From a virus: 64,000 nt of DNA. The stretch covers positions 8,814 through 72,813 of the IMG/VR virus record IMGVR_UViG_3300047353_000337. One strand, 5' to 3'. Shown piece after piece: positions 39,375 through 49,139 of the stretch. The position numbers and the translations under genes are program-made. Below the pieces are notes generated by a model, which saw nothing but the letters and a program-made list of their open reading frames with translations, was not told the DNA's origin and did no database searches. Position 1 is the stretch's first letter. Each line of letters opens with the position of its first letter.

Positions 39375-40133
39375 GTGTCAAAAATATACGAACTTTTTAA
39401 AAAACGCAGACAAATAAGATGGGCATGGGATCAAGAACGTATTCCTAGTAAGGAACTTATCCACAGTCTTATTGAAACAACTTTTGATGTGGCTCCTTCT
39501 AAGCAAAATTTATTTCCATTTAAGATTCATATTATTGGTCCTAAAAATAACAAAGATAATCACATAGTAGGCAAAATTTGTGCTTTATTTAAAAATGGAT
39601 CAGTAAATCAATGGCAGATGGAAGAAGCGCCTCATCCAAATCACAAAGCACCTTGGGTGCTGATATTTGAATTGCGGAAGTGTGAACCAAATGATTTTAT
39701 AGTAAAACACGGAACGAAATACAAAGGCGGAGAAAAAAGATTTACACAAATAGATGAACGATTTCGCGGACCTACCAATAGTAAACTTGCCTGTATCGAA
39801 GTTGGCATGTTTTTAAAGATACTTGCTGGTCAGTGTTTAGAAAATGACTTACAGATCAGTTATATAAAATCATTCCCAGAATGGAGCTGGAAAGGTATAA
39901 GAAATGAATATCATAAAGACACTAACAAAGGTTCTGGTATAGATTGGAGTGCTTTACCTTATATAAAAGAAATGCCTATTATTGTAGCACAGATTGGCTA
40001 TAAAGCAAACATTGCAGATATGCTTGCTACAAACATTGATAATCCAAACGTGCCTCTTCTTGAAAGAGGAGCAGAAACAAAACCTGCTTTAGAAGATATT
40101 ATCAAATATCATTTAGAAGAAACTGACGAATAA
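39375..40133 (+). CDS. Nitroreductase-fold protein, paralogue of 37592-38284
   Basis: KKRRQIR, APSKQNLFPFKIHI, KAPWVL, IEVGM, SYIKSF. Confidence 0.7.
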   Translation: MSKIYELFKKRRQIRWAWDQERIPSKELIHSLIETTFDVAPSKQNLFPFKIHIIGPKNNKDNHIVGKICALFKNGSVNQWQMEEAPHPNHKAPWVLIFELRKCEPNDFIVKHGTKYKGGEKRFTQIDERFRGPTNSKLACIEVGMFLKILAGQCLENDLQISYIKSFPEWSWKGIRNEYHKDTNKGSGIDWSALPYIKEMPIIVAQIGYKANIADMLATNIDNPNVPLLERGAETKPALEDIIKYHLEETDE

Positions 40134-40134
40134 T

Positions 40135-40968
40135 ATGATAACACTTGAAGAATTAAAAGGATCAGAATATAGAACAGTAGACTTTTACTTGTCAAAGTCT
40201 TGCAACAAGTCTTGTCATTATTGTACTGCGTGGACTTTAGAAATGCGATACCTACACACAGATATGGATCTAGTTCGTACTATTCTAAAGGGACTTGCTC
40301 CTTACAAAACACGTATCTGTTTATTAGGCGGCGAACCCGGACTTATTAAAAACTTAGATGAGATTATAGCAGAAATTAAAAAATATCCTAATCTAATTCC
40401 ACAAGTATTATCTAATAGTTTAGTACGTAAGTTTTATCCACACATACTTGAAGATCCTGAAGTCATCTATATTGAACACTTAATATTAGACTTTTACGAA
40501 GATAAAATTGAAAAACTAGGAAACTATGATTGGTTTAAACCTAACGACTTAAACAACTATAATCTTATTATTGAAACACCTGGTTATTTTGCATATAGAG
40601 ACAAGCACGATATAAGTCATATTGATCATAAAAATACAGAATTTAAAGAATATAATTCACGTTCGCCTGATTTCTTTAGTGATCACGAACTTGTACAAGC
40701 ACCTGAATTAGAAAGACGTATTTGTGCTAAGTTTCCTCAAGTACCTGTGTTTGATTTTGAAATACAAAAGATTAGACATTGTAGTAGAAAAGCAATTAAC
40801 GGATCACGTGAGTTTGATATTACAGTAGAAAATATTACTAAAATGATGGAACATGACTTATTCCAGTTTGAAAAATATTGTACAGTGTGTATGGATATTA
40901 TTCCGCCTCGACCTAAAGTACGTAGGCAGGCAATACTAGAAAAAATAGCATTAGAGGAAATAAAATGA
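40135..40968 (+). CDS. Radical SAM enzyme with C-terminal Cys (twitch-like)
   Basis: CNKSCHYC, LLGGEPG; C-terminal C...HC...YCTVC. Confidence 0.88.
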   Translation: MITLEELKGSEYRTVDFYLSKSCNKSCHYCTAWTLEMRYLHTDMDLVRTILKGLAPYKTRICLLGGEPGLIKNLDEIIAEIKKYPNLIPQVLSNSLVRKFYPHILEDPEVIYIEHLILDFYEDKIEKLGNYDWFKPNDLNNYNLIIETPGYFAYRDKHDISHIDHKNTEFKEYNSRSPDFFSDHELVQAPELERRICAKFPQVPVFDFEIQKIRHCSRKAINGSREFDITVENITKMMEHDLFQFEKYCTVCMDIIPPRPKVRRQAILEKIALEEIK

Positions 40969-42428
40969 AACTATTTTCTGTAGCACTTAATATGCACGAC
41001 CATAATACGTATAACGGAAAGACGCATTTACAAGTTGAAAGACATACTCGTAGAAAGCATAACTTGAACACAGATCCGCATGACGGCAAACCTAGTAGAG
41101 AATTCTTTGAACAGTATGTAAAAACAGAAGATGAAACATTATGCTTTACAGTTTCTAATCTTGGACAAGAGTTTGTAATTGATCTTATTGAAGAAAAGTT
41201 TGGTACAAAAGAATTTTTAGATTTTAAACCTACTAACTTATGGGACTACCATCAAGGGCAAGACTTTTATTATATTGACCATCATCAAAGTCATGCCGCA
41301 TACGCTTTTTTAAGTTCTAAGTACGAACAGTCAGACATACTTGCTATTGACGGTAAAGGTTGGAAATTTAATTGCGTGTTTATCGACAAGCACGGACATA
41401 TACACGACTTATCAGATAAACTATCAATTGGCGGATTGTGGAACAGACTATCACAAGACTTAGGATTTGGTTACTTAGGTGCCGGTAAAGTTATGGGTCT
41501 AGCAGGTTACGGTCAGTACGATTATCAAATACATGCTTTAATTGATTATTATATGAACAATGACTTTACACTACCAGAATGGTCAAAGAAAGTTTTAGAT
41601 AGACATTTAAAAGAAGATGTTGCTTATACACTACAATGGGTAACTGAAGACTTAATCAAAAAATATGTGTATCCTTTAAAAACTTGTGACAACTTATGTG
41701 TAGCAGGAGGTGTTGCATATAACGGTTATGTAAATGAAATGTTTACTAAACATTATACTAATGTACATATTCCGCCAGCAGTTGGTGATGAAGGACAAGC
41801 ACTTGGCACATATATGCATGCCGATTATGTACTAAACAAAAATATACACTTACCTAAAACAGCATCAGGTAAACATTTTGATTATGTGCTATCTGATAAT
41901 TTTATTGATTTGGATATAAAGAAAGTTGCACAAGATATTGCAAACGGAAAAATTGTTGGATGGTTCCAAGGGTTATCTGAAAGCGGTAACAGAGCATTAG
42001 GAAATCGTAGTATACTTGCTGATCCTCGGAACCCTAACATAAAAAATATTATTAATACTACTATTAAAAAGCGTGAAGACTTTAGACCGTTTGCTCCAAG
42101 TGTGTTAGAAGAATATTACCAAGAATATTTTGATACTAATCAACCAAGTCCGTACATGAGTAGGATTATGCCAGTAAAATCAGATAAGATTCCAGGTGTA
42201 ACACATGTAGACAATACAGCAAGAATACAAACAGTTAATCGAACACAAAACGAAAAGTTTTATGATCTTATTAATGAGTTTTATAAAATTACTGGAATAC
42301 CAATGTTACTGAATACTAGCTTTAACTGCCAAGAACCTATTGTAGAAAACCCATACGAAGCATATGAAACTTACGAAGAAACTGCAATTGATATACTTGT
42401 AATAGATAATAAGATGGTTAGCAAATGA
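40965..42428 (+). CDS. Carbamoyltransferase (NodU/CmcH/TobZ family)
   Basis: HD, ER..R.KH, DHHQSHAA, IDG.G, GKVMGLAGYG, GGVAYN, RALGNRSILADPR, KKREDFRPFAP, THVDNTARIQTV, LLNTSFN. Confidence 0.95.
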   Translation: MKLFSVALNMHDHNTYNGKTHLQVERHTRRKHNLNTDPHDGKPSREFFEQYVKTEDETLCFTVSNLGQEFVIDLIEEKFGTKEFLDFKPTNLWDYHQGQDFYYIDHHQSHAAYAFLSSKYEQSDILAIDGKGWKFNCVFIDKHGHIHDLSDKLSIGGLWNRLSQDLGFGYLGAGKVMGLAGYGQYDYQIHALIDYYMNNDFTLPEWSKKVLDRHLKEDVAYTLQWVTEDLIKKYVYPLKTCDNLCVAGGVAYNGYVNEMFTKHYTNVHIPPAVGDEGQALGTYMHADYVLNKNIHLPKTASGKHFDYVLSDNFIDLDIKKVAQDIANGKIVGWFQGLSESGNRALGNRSILADPRNPNIKNIINTTIKKREDFRPFAPSVLEEYYQEYFDTNQPSPYMSRIMPVKSDKIPGVTHVDNTARIQTVNRTQNEKFYDLINEFYKITGIPMLLNTSFNCQEPIVENPYEAYETYEETAIDILVIDNKMVSK

Positions 42429-43009
42429 TAGATTTACAACTATTTAAAAATATTATGGCTGAAGCTAGGAACAATTCAACGTTACTAGATTCTTATAGCC
42501 CAAATCAATTTAAAGCAAAAGAAAAAATAGTAGACAATGTTAATCAATTTGTAGATACTAACAGTGAAATTGTAATTTTAGGTGGATGGTACGGCAGTAT
42601 ATTAGTTCCGTTTTTTAAACATGTAAAAAGAATTACAATAATTGATTTAGATGATACTGCTATAAGTATATCTAAAAACAGGTTGTTTAGTCATTATAAC
42701 AATATTGATTATATAGCAAGTGATGTGTTTGACAAAAAAAGACACGGAAGAATTATGAACGCTGATCTTATAATTAATCCTTCTTGCGAACACATGCCTT
42801 CTATGAAAACGTTAGATGCATTAAAAACATCTAAAGCATATTTTGCATTCACTTCAAACAACATGTACGATATTGAAGGACATACTAACTGTGTAAGTAG
42901 TATTCAAGAATTTAAAGATCAACTGCCAGATAATGCAACCGTGACAGTTGAAGACGAAATAAAAGATTCACGTGGCATTAGGTATTTAATAGTAGGTAAA
43001 TTATGTTAG
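42425..43009 (+). CDS. Class I SAM-dependent methyltransferase-like protein
   Basis: IVILGGWYG motif I, IIDLD motif II, IINPSCEHM. Confidence 0.7.
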   Translation: MIDLQLFKNIMAEARNNSTLLDSYSPNQFKAKEKIVDNVNQFVDTNSEIVILGGWYGSILVPFFKHVKRITIIDLDDTAISISKNRLFSHYNNIDYIASDVFDKKRHGRIMNADLIINPSCEHMPSMKTLDALKTSKAYFAFTSNNMYDIEGHTNCVSSIQEFKDQLPDNATVTVEDEIKDSRGIRYLIVGKLC

Positions 43010-43632
43010 ACTTATATCAAAATCTTACAGCATACGGTACAGTGTATGAAACTAGATACACAATGTCTAATGTAGACAAGTTTGTTGATTGGACAGAAGA
43101 AAATTTTGACTATGTAAGATATAATCCTCGTAAAGAAATTGATAGATGGGGACTAAGTATTACAAGTCTTGATGGCGGATTAAGTGGTACACCAGACTTA
43201 GATAGTCTTCCAAATTATAATAAAGAAAATAACACACAATATTACGAACAACATTTTAAAACACCTACTCCTGTTTATGATTTTCCTAGTGTTAAAGAGG
43301 TTCTTGATCCTATTAAAGATTATATATGTAGAACGCATGTATTAAAACTAAACAGCGGCGGATATTTTCCTCCTCACAGAGATTTTACAAGAGACATTTT
43401 TAAAACATATAGACTTATTATTCCTTTACGTAATATTGAACCACCTTGTTTTAATTTTGTTATAGAAGATAAAATACAAAACTTTAAAAACGGTGTTGTA
43501 TATTTTGTAGATACTGCTAAGATGCATTATCTTTTTAATGCTAGTCAAAACCCTAGCTATATGATTGTTGTAAATGTAATCATAAACAAAGAAACAGTGG
43601 AGTTTGTTACAAACAATTTTTTATATCCATGA
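43003..43632 (+). CDS. 2OG-Fe(II) oxygenase (Asp/Asn beta-hydroxylase-like)
   Basis: LNSGGYFPPHRD...RLIIPL...DTAKMH..FN. Confidence 0.78.
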   Translation: MLDLYQNLTAYGTVYETRYTMSNVDKFVDWTEENFDYVRYNPRKEIDRWGLSITSLDGGLSGTPDLDSLPNYNKENNTQYYEQHFKTPTPVYDFPSVKEVLDPIKDYICRTHVLKLNSGGYFPPHRDFTRDIFKTYRLIIPLRNIEPPCFNFVIEDKIQNFKNGVVYFVDTAKMHYLFNASQNPSYMIVVNVIINKETVEFVTNNFLYP

Positions 43633-44186
43633 GAATAGAAGTAATACAAGATAAACATTTAGAAATGTTACAAGAATTTTGTAACAACTGTAAAGAATTA
43701 GGTTATGTAAACAATTCTAGTTTTGAACAAATGAGGCTCCTTTGGTGTAAGGAGAACGGAGAGTACTGGTGTGCTATTAAACAAGGAAAAATAGTAGCAG
43801 TAGCAGGATGCCATACTTTACCTGAAGTTAGTGATTCTGCCTACAGAATTTTATTTAGAGGTTGTGAACTTCCAAAATCAGATAATTTTAAAGGACTTGG
43901 AAAAGCACAGTGGAACAGTATTACGTTTAGAGATTTTGTTCCACAGTTTATTAAATATCTTCCAAATAGCCTTTTATACATTACTACAAATATTAATAAC
44001 GACCATAGTAACGGTAGATCATCAAGGAATCATCGTACAATGACTTTAATGTCTAAGCAAGGCATATTAGACAACTGCGGAGACATGTTCTTAAACAACA
44101 CTAACCAAACACTATGGCGGTTAAATACTAGTGAATACCTAAGACGTAGAGAAAGGATAGGTAATGAGTACGTGGCTAAATCCTAA
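43629..44186 (+). CDS. GNAT-like acyltransferase
   Basis: WCAIKQGKIVAVAGCH...YRILFRG...FKGLGK. Confidence 0.55.
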   Translation: MRIEVIQDKHLEMLQEFCNNCKELGYVNNSSFEQMRLLWCKENGEYWCAIKQGKIVAVAGCHTLPEVSDSAYRILFRGCELPKSDNFKGLGKAQWNSITFRDFVPQFIKYLPNSLLYITTNINNDHSNGRSSRNHRTMTLMSKQGILDNCGDMFLNNTNQTLWRLNTSEYLRRRERIGNEYVAKS

Positions 44187-44427
44187 ACATTTAAATGAAG
44201 CAAAAACAAAAGCTGGCAAACCTACAGCAGGTTATTGGTGGCATTTTGGTTTGGCAATAAAAGAATTCTTTTTCCTATTACTAGTTTGTATAGGAAGTTT
44301 AATTCATGCAGTTTTTCCTTGGGTACTTGATTTTAAATTATTAGAATGGAGAATCAATAGATTAAAAAAACTTAAGAAACAACTGCCTGATGACCCCCAA
44401 CTACAAAAGGTACATTTTGATGACTAA
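44164..44427 (+). CDS. Small membrane protein (DUF6356-like)
   Basis: HLNEA...GYWWHF..A...hydrophobic stretch...LIHAVFPW. Confidence 0.6.
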   Translation: MSTWLNPKHLNEAKTKAGKPTAGYWWHFGLAIKEFFFLLLVCIGSLIHAVFPWVLDFKLLEWRINRLKKLKKQLPDDPQLQKVHFDD

Positions 44428-45256
44428 CGTATTAGACTTAATAGCATATAAAAACGGTGAATATAAACCACTAGGAGAAATTGGACCAAGTATACTCGAC
44501 TTTGGGTTTATTCATTGTGATGCTACATATGATGTAATGCCAGTTTATAACGGTAAAGCATTTTGTTACGAAAGACACTTAGAAAGATTTAAGAATAGTG
44601 CAGAACGTTACGGGCTTACTATTCCAGACGTTGATCCTCTAGAGATTATTAAAGAACTTGCAAAGCGTAATCCAATTGATAATGCATTTGTATGGTTTTT
44701 AATCTGGAGAGGATTCCCGCCTAGTGGTAATCCAAGAGACTTAGAAAATTGTCCTGTAAACTTTGCTATGTATATCAAACCAAGTTATCCTATAGCAAGT
44801 ACACCATTAGTAAGACTTTACTTAGATAAGAAAACTAATAGAGTTAATGATGACTATTACGGACAAGAATATAAAAATATGGCTTGGATAGACTTAACAA
44901 TGAGTCAACGCAACACACCAGCAGGCTATGATACAACTGTGCTTGTTGATATAGATGGCCATGTAACAGAAGGACCGGGATTTAATGTGGGTATTGTTAA
45001 AGATGGTGCAATCTATACAGCAGATAAAAATGTTTTAAAAGGCATTACTATGAGCGTAGTTGAAGATATTGCTAACGAAAATAATATTTCTTTTAAACGT
45101 ATGCCAATTACACAAGAAATGTTCATGTCAGCAGACGAGACTTTTATTACAAGTTCAAGCGGTGGAGTAACGCCTACTACTGTAACTGGAGACGTTACAC
45201 ATTTACTAGTATCAAAATATAAAGATAAAAAAGAACAGTATGCTACAGAACTGTGA
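44420..45256 (+). CDS. Class IV PLP aminotransferase (IlvE/D-amino-acid transaminase/PabC-like)
   Basis: D.GFIH.DATYDV, HLERF..SA, YKN, VTEGPGFN, VLKGIT, ADETFITSSSGGVTP; start set at ATG 44420. Confidence 0.9.
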   Translation: MTNVLDLIAYKNGEYKPLGEIGPSILDFGFIHCDATYDVMPVYNGKAFCYERHLERFKNSAERYGLTIPDVDPLEIIKELAKRNPIDNAFVWFLIWRGFPPSGNPRDLENCPVNFAMYIKPSYPIASTPLVRLYLDKKTNRVNDDYYGQEYKNMAWIDLTMSQRNTPAGYDTTVLVDIDGHVTEGPGFNVGIVKDGAIYTADKNVLKGITMSVVEDIANENNISFKRMPITQEMFMSADETFITSSSGGVTPTTVTGDVTHLLVSKYKDKKEQYATEL

Positions 45257-45761
45257 TCCTTATTATAGAACCATTCCTTATGCAATAGGCAATTCTACAA
45301 AGCAAGAGCTTTTAGATATAGCTCTTACTCCTGATGCATTTATAGATATAAGTTATAAAATAAGTTTCTTTAAATTACCTAGTACTATACAAAAATTTAA
45401 CACAACTGGTTTAGACTGTGTATGTCAAATATTAAAAGTATCAGAGTCAGGTAGTAAAATACACAAGGATAAAAATCGTTATAACGAATACGAAAATATA
45501 TACATGCCACGTCAAACTGTAATTAGTTTTCCATTAACAGAAAATTGTGGAGAAACATGGTTTTATAATGACAAAGAAGAAAATGTTGCAAAGATAAATT
45601 ATGACGGCTATGGTGCAGTGTTAAATACTGGTGAACACTTTCATAATGTTTACTTCACAGAAGACGATAATACTAGAATTGTTTTCCAGTTATGCTTTGA
45701 AGAAACATATAATGAAGTATGTACTTTGTACGAAGAGCATTTGAAAGGATTTGTGCTATGA
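45240..45761 (+). CDS. 2OG-Fe(II) oxygenase-like protein
   Basis: IHKD...ISFPL...LNT..FHNV...TRIVFQL. Confidence 0.65.
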   Translation: MLQNCDPYYRTIPYAIGNSTKQELLDIALTPDAFIDISYKISFFKLPSTIQKFNTTGLDCVCQILKVSESGSKIHKDKNRYNEYENIYMPRQTVISFPLTENCGETWFYNDKEENVAKINYDGYGAVLNTGEHFHNVYFTEDDNTRIVFQLCFEETYNEVCTLYEEHLKGFVL

Positions 45762-46333
45762 ACAACGATTATATTTTAACATTACCTAGTCTTTTAGATG
45801 AAGATTATATGAAAAAAATAGGTAAAGAAACTTTAACAGAAGAATGGTTAAGCATAGGTGATGTACAAGCACTCCGTAAATTTACAGATACAGTTACTAT
45901 AGATGTTGAATCAGATCCGTATTTAAAAAGTATAAGAGACACATATCCTAAATTAGAATCTTATATAAAGTTATTAAAAATGGATAAAGGACAATGGCCT
46001 ACTCATGTTGATACACAACGTAGTTGTGCAATAAATATTCCTATTCAAAATTGTGATGAAACTAAAGTCACACAAATGGGTAAAAAAGGAAAACTAGTAA
46101 AGAGTATTGTAACAACTTTTGGTGATGTAGAAGCTGAATGGCATTCACATCAGTATGTACAATATGTAGCTGACGCTGTAGTAGATTTTGAATTTGCATT
46201 ACAAGGGCCAACTTTATTTAACACTAAGATTCCGCATGGCGTTATTAATTACACAGATACTCAAAGAGTTATAGCTACATGGTCATATGATGACGATTTT
46301 GATAATGCAAAAAAGGATTTCCTTAATGGATAA
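45758..46333 (+). CDS. 2OG-Fe(II) oxygenase-like protein
   Basis: PTHVD..RSCAINIPI...FNTKIPHGVIN...QRVIA; start at ATGA overlap 45758. Confidence 0.68.
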   Translation: MNNDYILTLPSLLDEDYMKKIGKETLTEEWLSIGDVQALRKFTDTVTIDVESDPYLKSIRDTYPKLESYIKLLKMDKGQWPTHVDTQRSCAINIPIQNCDETKVTQMGKKGKLVKSIVTTFGDVEAEWHSHQYVQYVADAVVDFEFALQGPTLFNTKIPHGVINYTDTQRVIATWSYDDDFDNAKKDFLNG

Positions 46334-46901
46334 TAAAAAGTGGGACGAAGTCTACACAAGTAAAAACATTGCTTGGGGTAAGTCTACTAGTACCTTCTTA
46401 AAAGAAGTAATACATATGTTTCCGGAAAAAGGCAAAGTTCTTGACTTAGGTTGTGGTGAAGGCAGAAATCTACAGTATCTTATTAATAAAGGATATAATG
46501 CTGTAGGGTATGAATTTTCAAATGTAGCAATTTCTCAAGCAGTAACTAAAAATATAAAACATAAAGATCTTATACAAGAAGAATGGAATATAGGTAAATT
46601 TGATGTAGTTATAGATTTTGGCTTTTATCATTTTTATCCAACAGATAAACAAAACGAATATTTTAAAAAGTTAGATAGTGTATTAAACACTGGCGGAATT
46701 TATATAAATGAATCTGCTAGACTAGTGGGAGATCCTTGGACAGGCGAAGATAATCCTTTAGGTTATAAACCCCCTCAGCTTCAGCGATCTGACTTTGATA
46801 TTTTTGATAATTATAATAGAGTAGTTCTTAATAAAGGAGAATTGCCTGCTCACGGAGATTGGAAAACATATCTTTGTTGGCAAGCCGTATATAAAAAATG
46901 A
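46326..46901 (+). CDS. Class I SAM-dependent methyltransferase (TehB/TPMT-like)
   Basis: W..VY, VLDLGCGEGRN, FDVVIDFGFYH, LNTGG. Confidence 0.88.
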   Translation: MDNKKWDEVYTSKNIAWGKSTSTFLKEVIHMFPEKGKVLDLGCGEGRNLQYLINKGYNAVGYEFSNVAISQAVTKNIKHKDLIQEEWNIGKFDVVIDFGFYHFYPTDKQNEYFKKLDSVLNTGGIYINESARLVGDPWTGEDNPLGYKPPQLQRSDFDIFDNYNRVVLNKGELPAHGDWKTYLCWQAVYKK

Positions 46902-48409
46902 AAAATGCAATAATTTTTAACGATAGTGGACAGGATCTTACCCGTAGAACTATGGGAGCATATAAAGTAGCTGATATGATGAGAAAGGTTGGCTGGACAG
47001 TTGAGATAATAGATTGGGTTGAGCATTGGTCAGATAAAGAGGTACAACAGTTTGTTGATCAGTTACCTTATAAAGTTACTTTGTTTGCCTTTGGTAATCT
47101 ATGGATGACAGATACAACTGTCGTAAATAAAATAAGTTTTTTGAAAAAAACATATCCAGGTTCAAAGTTTTTATTAGGAGGACCTAAGCCATACCAAACA
47201 GACTTTGGTGCTGACTGTATGGTGTTTGGTTATAGCGAAAAAGCTCTTTTGCCTGTATTAGACTGGATGTTTGACGGTGGCGAACAACCTAAAGGAAGGT
47301 ATCCTGAATGGGCACCTAATAGTTTGCTAGTAGATGCTAATCATATGTATGCGGGACTAGACATAGATAAATTTGATTGCGAATATCACTCTCATGATTT
47401 TATTGAGAATCATGAAGCACTAACATTAGAAACTAGTAGAGGATGTAGATTTAAATGTAAATATTGTAATTATGCATTTTTAGGAGTCAAAGAAGATTAT
47501 GGTAGATCTGAAGATGATATGTATAATGAACTAATGCGTAATTACGAAAAATGGGGTACAACAAATTATATTATAAGTGATGATACTTTTAATGATAGAG
47601 ATAACAAGATTGAAAAATTAGCGTTAGCTGTTGAAAGACTTCCTTTTGAACCTAACTTTACTTGTTTCATAAGATTAGATCTAGTTATATCAAAACCACA
47701 TCAAGTAGACTTATTGATAAGAGCAAGGTGTTGGGGACATTTTTATGGAATAGAAACATTTCATCCACAAGCGGCAAAAGCAATTGGAAAGGGTATGCAC
47801 CCTGATAAAATTAAAAAAGGGCTGTTATGGATTAGGGACGAATTTAATAATCGATTAGGTCTATATAGAGGCACTTGTGGAATGATAGCTGGACTACCAT
47901 ATGAACCTGTACAATCTTGGTATGATAGTTTAGACTGGTTAGATAAAAACTGGGAAAGTTTCTTCTATTGGGGATTACATATAAGTGATGATCCTGATAC
48001 ACAAACACAAAGTGACTTTAGTGTTGACGCACAGAAGTTTGGTTACTTTGAAACAAAAAATCAAGAAGTACTTGACTGGTCTATTGAAAAAGGATATAAC
48101 GTTCCTTTTAAAGCTGATCCTATGGGAAGACTTAATAACAAGTTAGATAATAGAGCGTTAGTATGGGAAAATGATATTACTAATTTTAAAGAGGCATCAT
48201 TGTTTGGAGAAATGTATCACAACAAATACTTTTTTAAACAACGACTTTCAAATTTTGATATGACTGAATATATAGGAAAGTTTCCAGAAGATAAAAAAGA
48301 ACTGTTAAGTTTGACTTTAGATGAAATGTACTTAAAAAGAAAATATTCTTCTGTTAACAAAAAAAGAATAGAACAGTATAAACAACATAAACTATCTCTT
48401 TTTAAATAA
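46898..48409 (+). CDS. Cobalamin-binding (class B-type) radical SAM enzyme
   Basis: N-terminal B12-binding-like region (GAYKVA...LLGGP...GYSE), LETSRGCRFKCKYC, SDDTFND, GIETF, IAGLPYE. Confidence 0.88.
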   Translation: MKNAIIFNDSGQDLTRRTMGAYKVADMMRKVGWTVEIIDWVEHWSDKEVQQFVDQLPYKVTLFAFGNLWMTDTTVVNKISFLKKTYPGSKFLLGGPKPYQTDFGADCMVFGYSEKALLPVLDWMFDGGEQPKGRYPEWAPNSLLVDANHMYAGLDIDKFDCEYHSHDFIENHEALTLETSRGCRFKCKYCNYAFLGVKEDYGRSEDDMYNELMRNYEKWGTTNYIISDDTFNDRDNKIEKLALAVERLPFEPNFTCFIRLDLVISKPHQVDLLIRARCWGHFYGIETFHPQAAKAIGKGMHPDKIKKGLLWIRDEFNNRLGLYRGTCGMIAGLPYEPVQSWYDSLDWLDKNWESFFYWGLHISDDPDTQTQSDFSVDAQKFGYFETKNQEVLDWSIEKGYNVPFKADPMGRLNNKLDNRALVWENDITNFKEASLFGEMYHNKYFFKQRLSNFDMTEYIGKFPEDKKELLSLTLDEMYLKRKYSSVNKKRIEQYKQHKLSLFK

Positions 48410-49088
48410 TTTGATTTTCTATTTGGTAATCGATATGATTATCTAAATGCGGTATTAGGTTAAAGTTAAGAACATATCTATCGTTATTGTTGTGAGAATT
48501 TACAGCACCGTGTGGCTTACCAGTATCAAGATAAAACATTTTATTTGACCTTGTAAAAGAATAATCTTTACCTAAAACTCTCCAAGTATAATCAGCACCT
48601 GGAGTAATACAAATGTGCATCCTAATTCCTCTATACCAAGGATAATCAATATGTGCAGTTTTTTCTTGACTTAGTAAATCGTGTCCAGCTTCTAGTTTTA
48701 TTAATCTTATTTGTGTTACTTGTCCTTTAAATTTACTAACAACTTCATCTAAATAAGGAAACCAAGCAGGACTCTTTTCTGTATATTCAATATCTATTGG
48801 ACTATCAATTGTTTTATGAGAATGTACATTACTTGATAATCCTTGCCCTAATGGGTCTTTAGAATTTAATGTTGATTTAAAACAAAGTCCGTAGTAGCCC
48901 GGAACCACATGTTTCCCTACAGGACTGTCAACAGTATATGGAATCATTTTAAAATTATTTAAAACATCTTTTATTCCTCTATCAATTTCATCTAAATTTA
49001 CATCGTATCTATTGGGTAACCCAACTACATTATGTTTGCTTGGCTGGTAGTTGGTATATAGCTCTTGCCATTTATTCACATCGTACAT
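48402..49088 (-). CDS. 2OG-Fe(II) oxygenase (Asp/Asn beta-hydroxylase-like), inverted within the cluster
   Basis: IRLIKL..G...AHID...RMHI...DTGKPHGAVN...RY; start uncertain (49088, 49094 or 49106). Confidence 0.78.
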   Translation of the reverse strand: MYDVNKWQELYTNYQPSKHNVVGLPNRYDVNLDEIDRGIKDVLNNFKMIPYTVDSPVGKHVVPGYYGLCFKSTLNSKDPLGQGLSSNVHSHKTIDSPIDIEYTEKSPAWFPYLDEVVSKFKGQVTQIRLIKLEAGHDLLSQEKTAHIDYPWYRGIRMHICITPGADYTWRVLGKDYSFTRSNKMFYLDTGKPHGAVNSHNNNDRYVLNFNLIPHLDNHIDYQIENQII

Positions 49089-49093
49089 GTACA

Positions 49094-49112
49094 TATTTAT
49101 AGGCAATAAATA
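49094..49112. promoter_or_regulatory. Back-to-back late promoter boxes
   Basis: TATAAATA on - strand (49094-49101) and AATAAATA on + strand (49105-49112) between divergent genes. Confidence 0.68.
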
Positions 49113-49139
49113 CTAACAGTTAAAAAAGAGAACCCTAAT

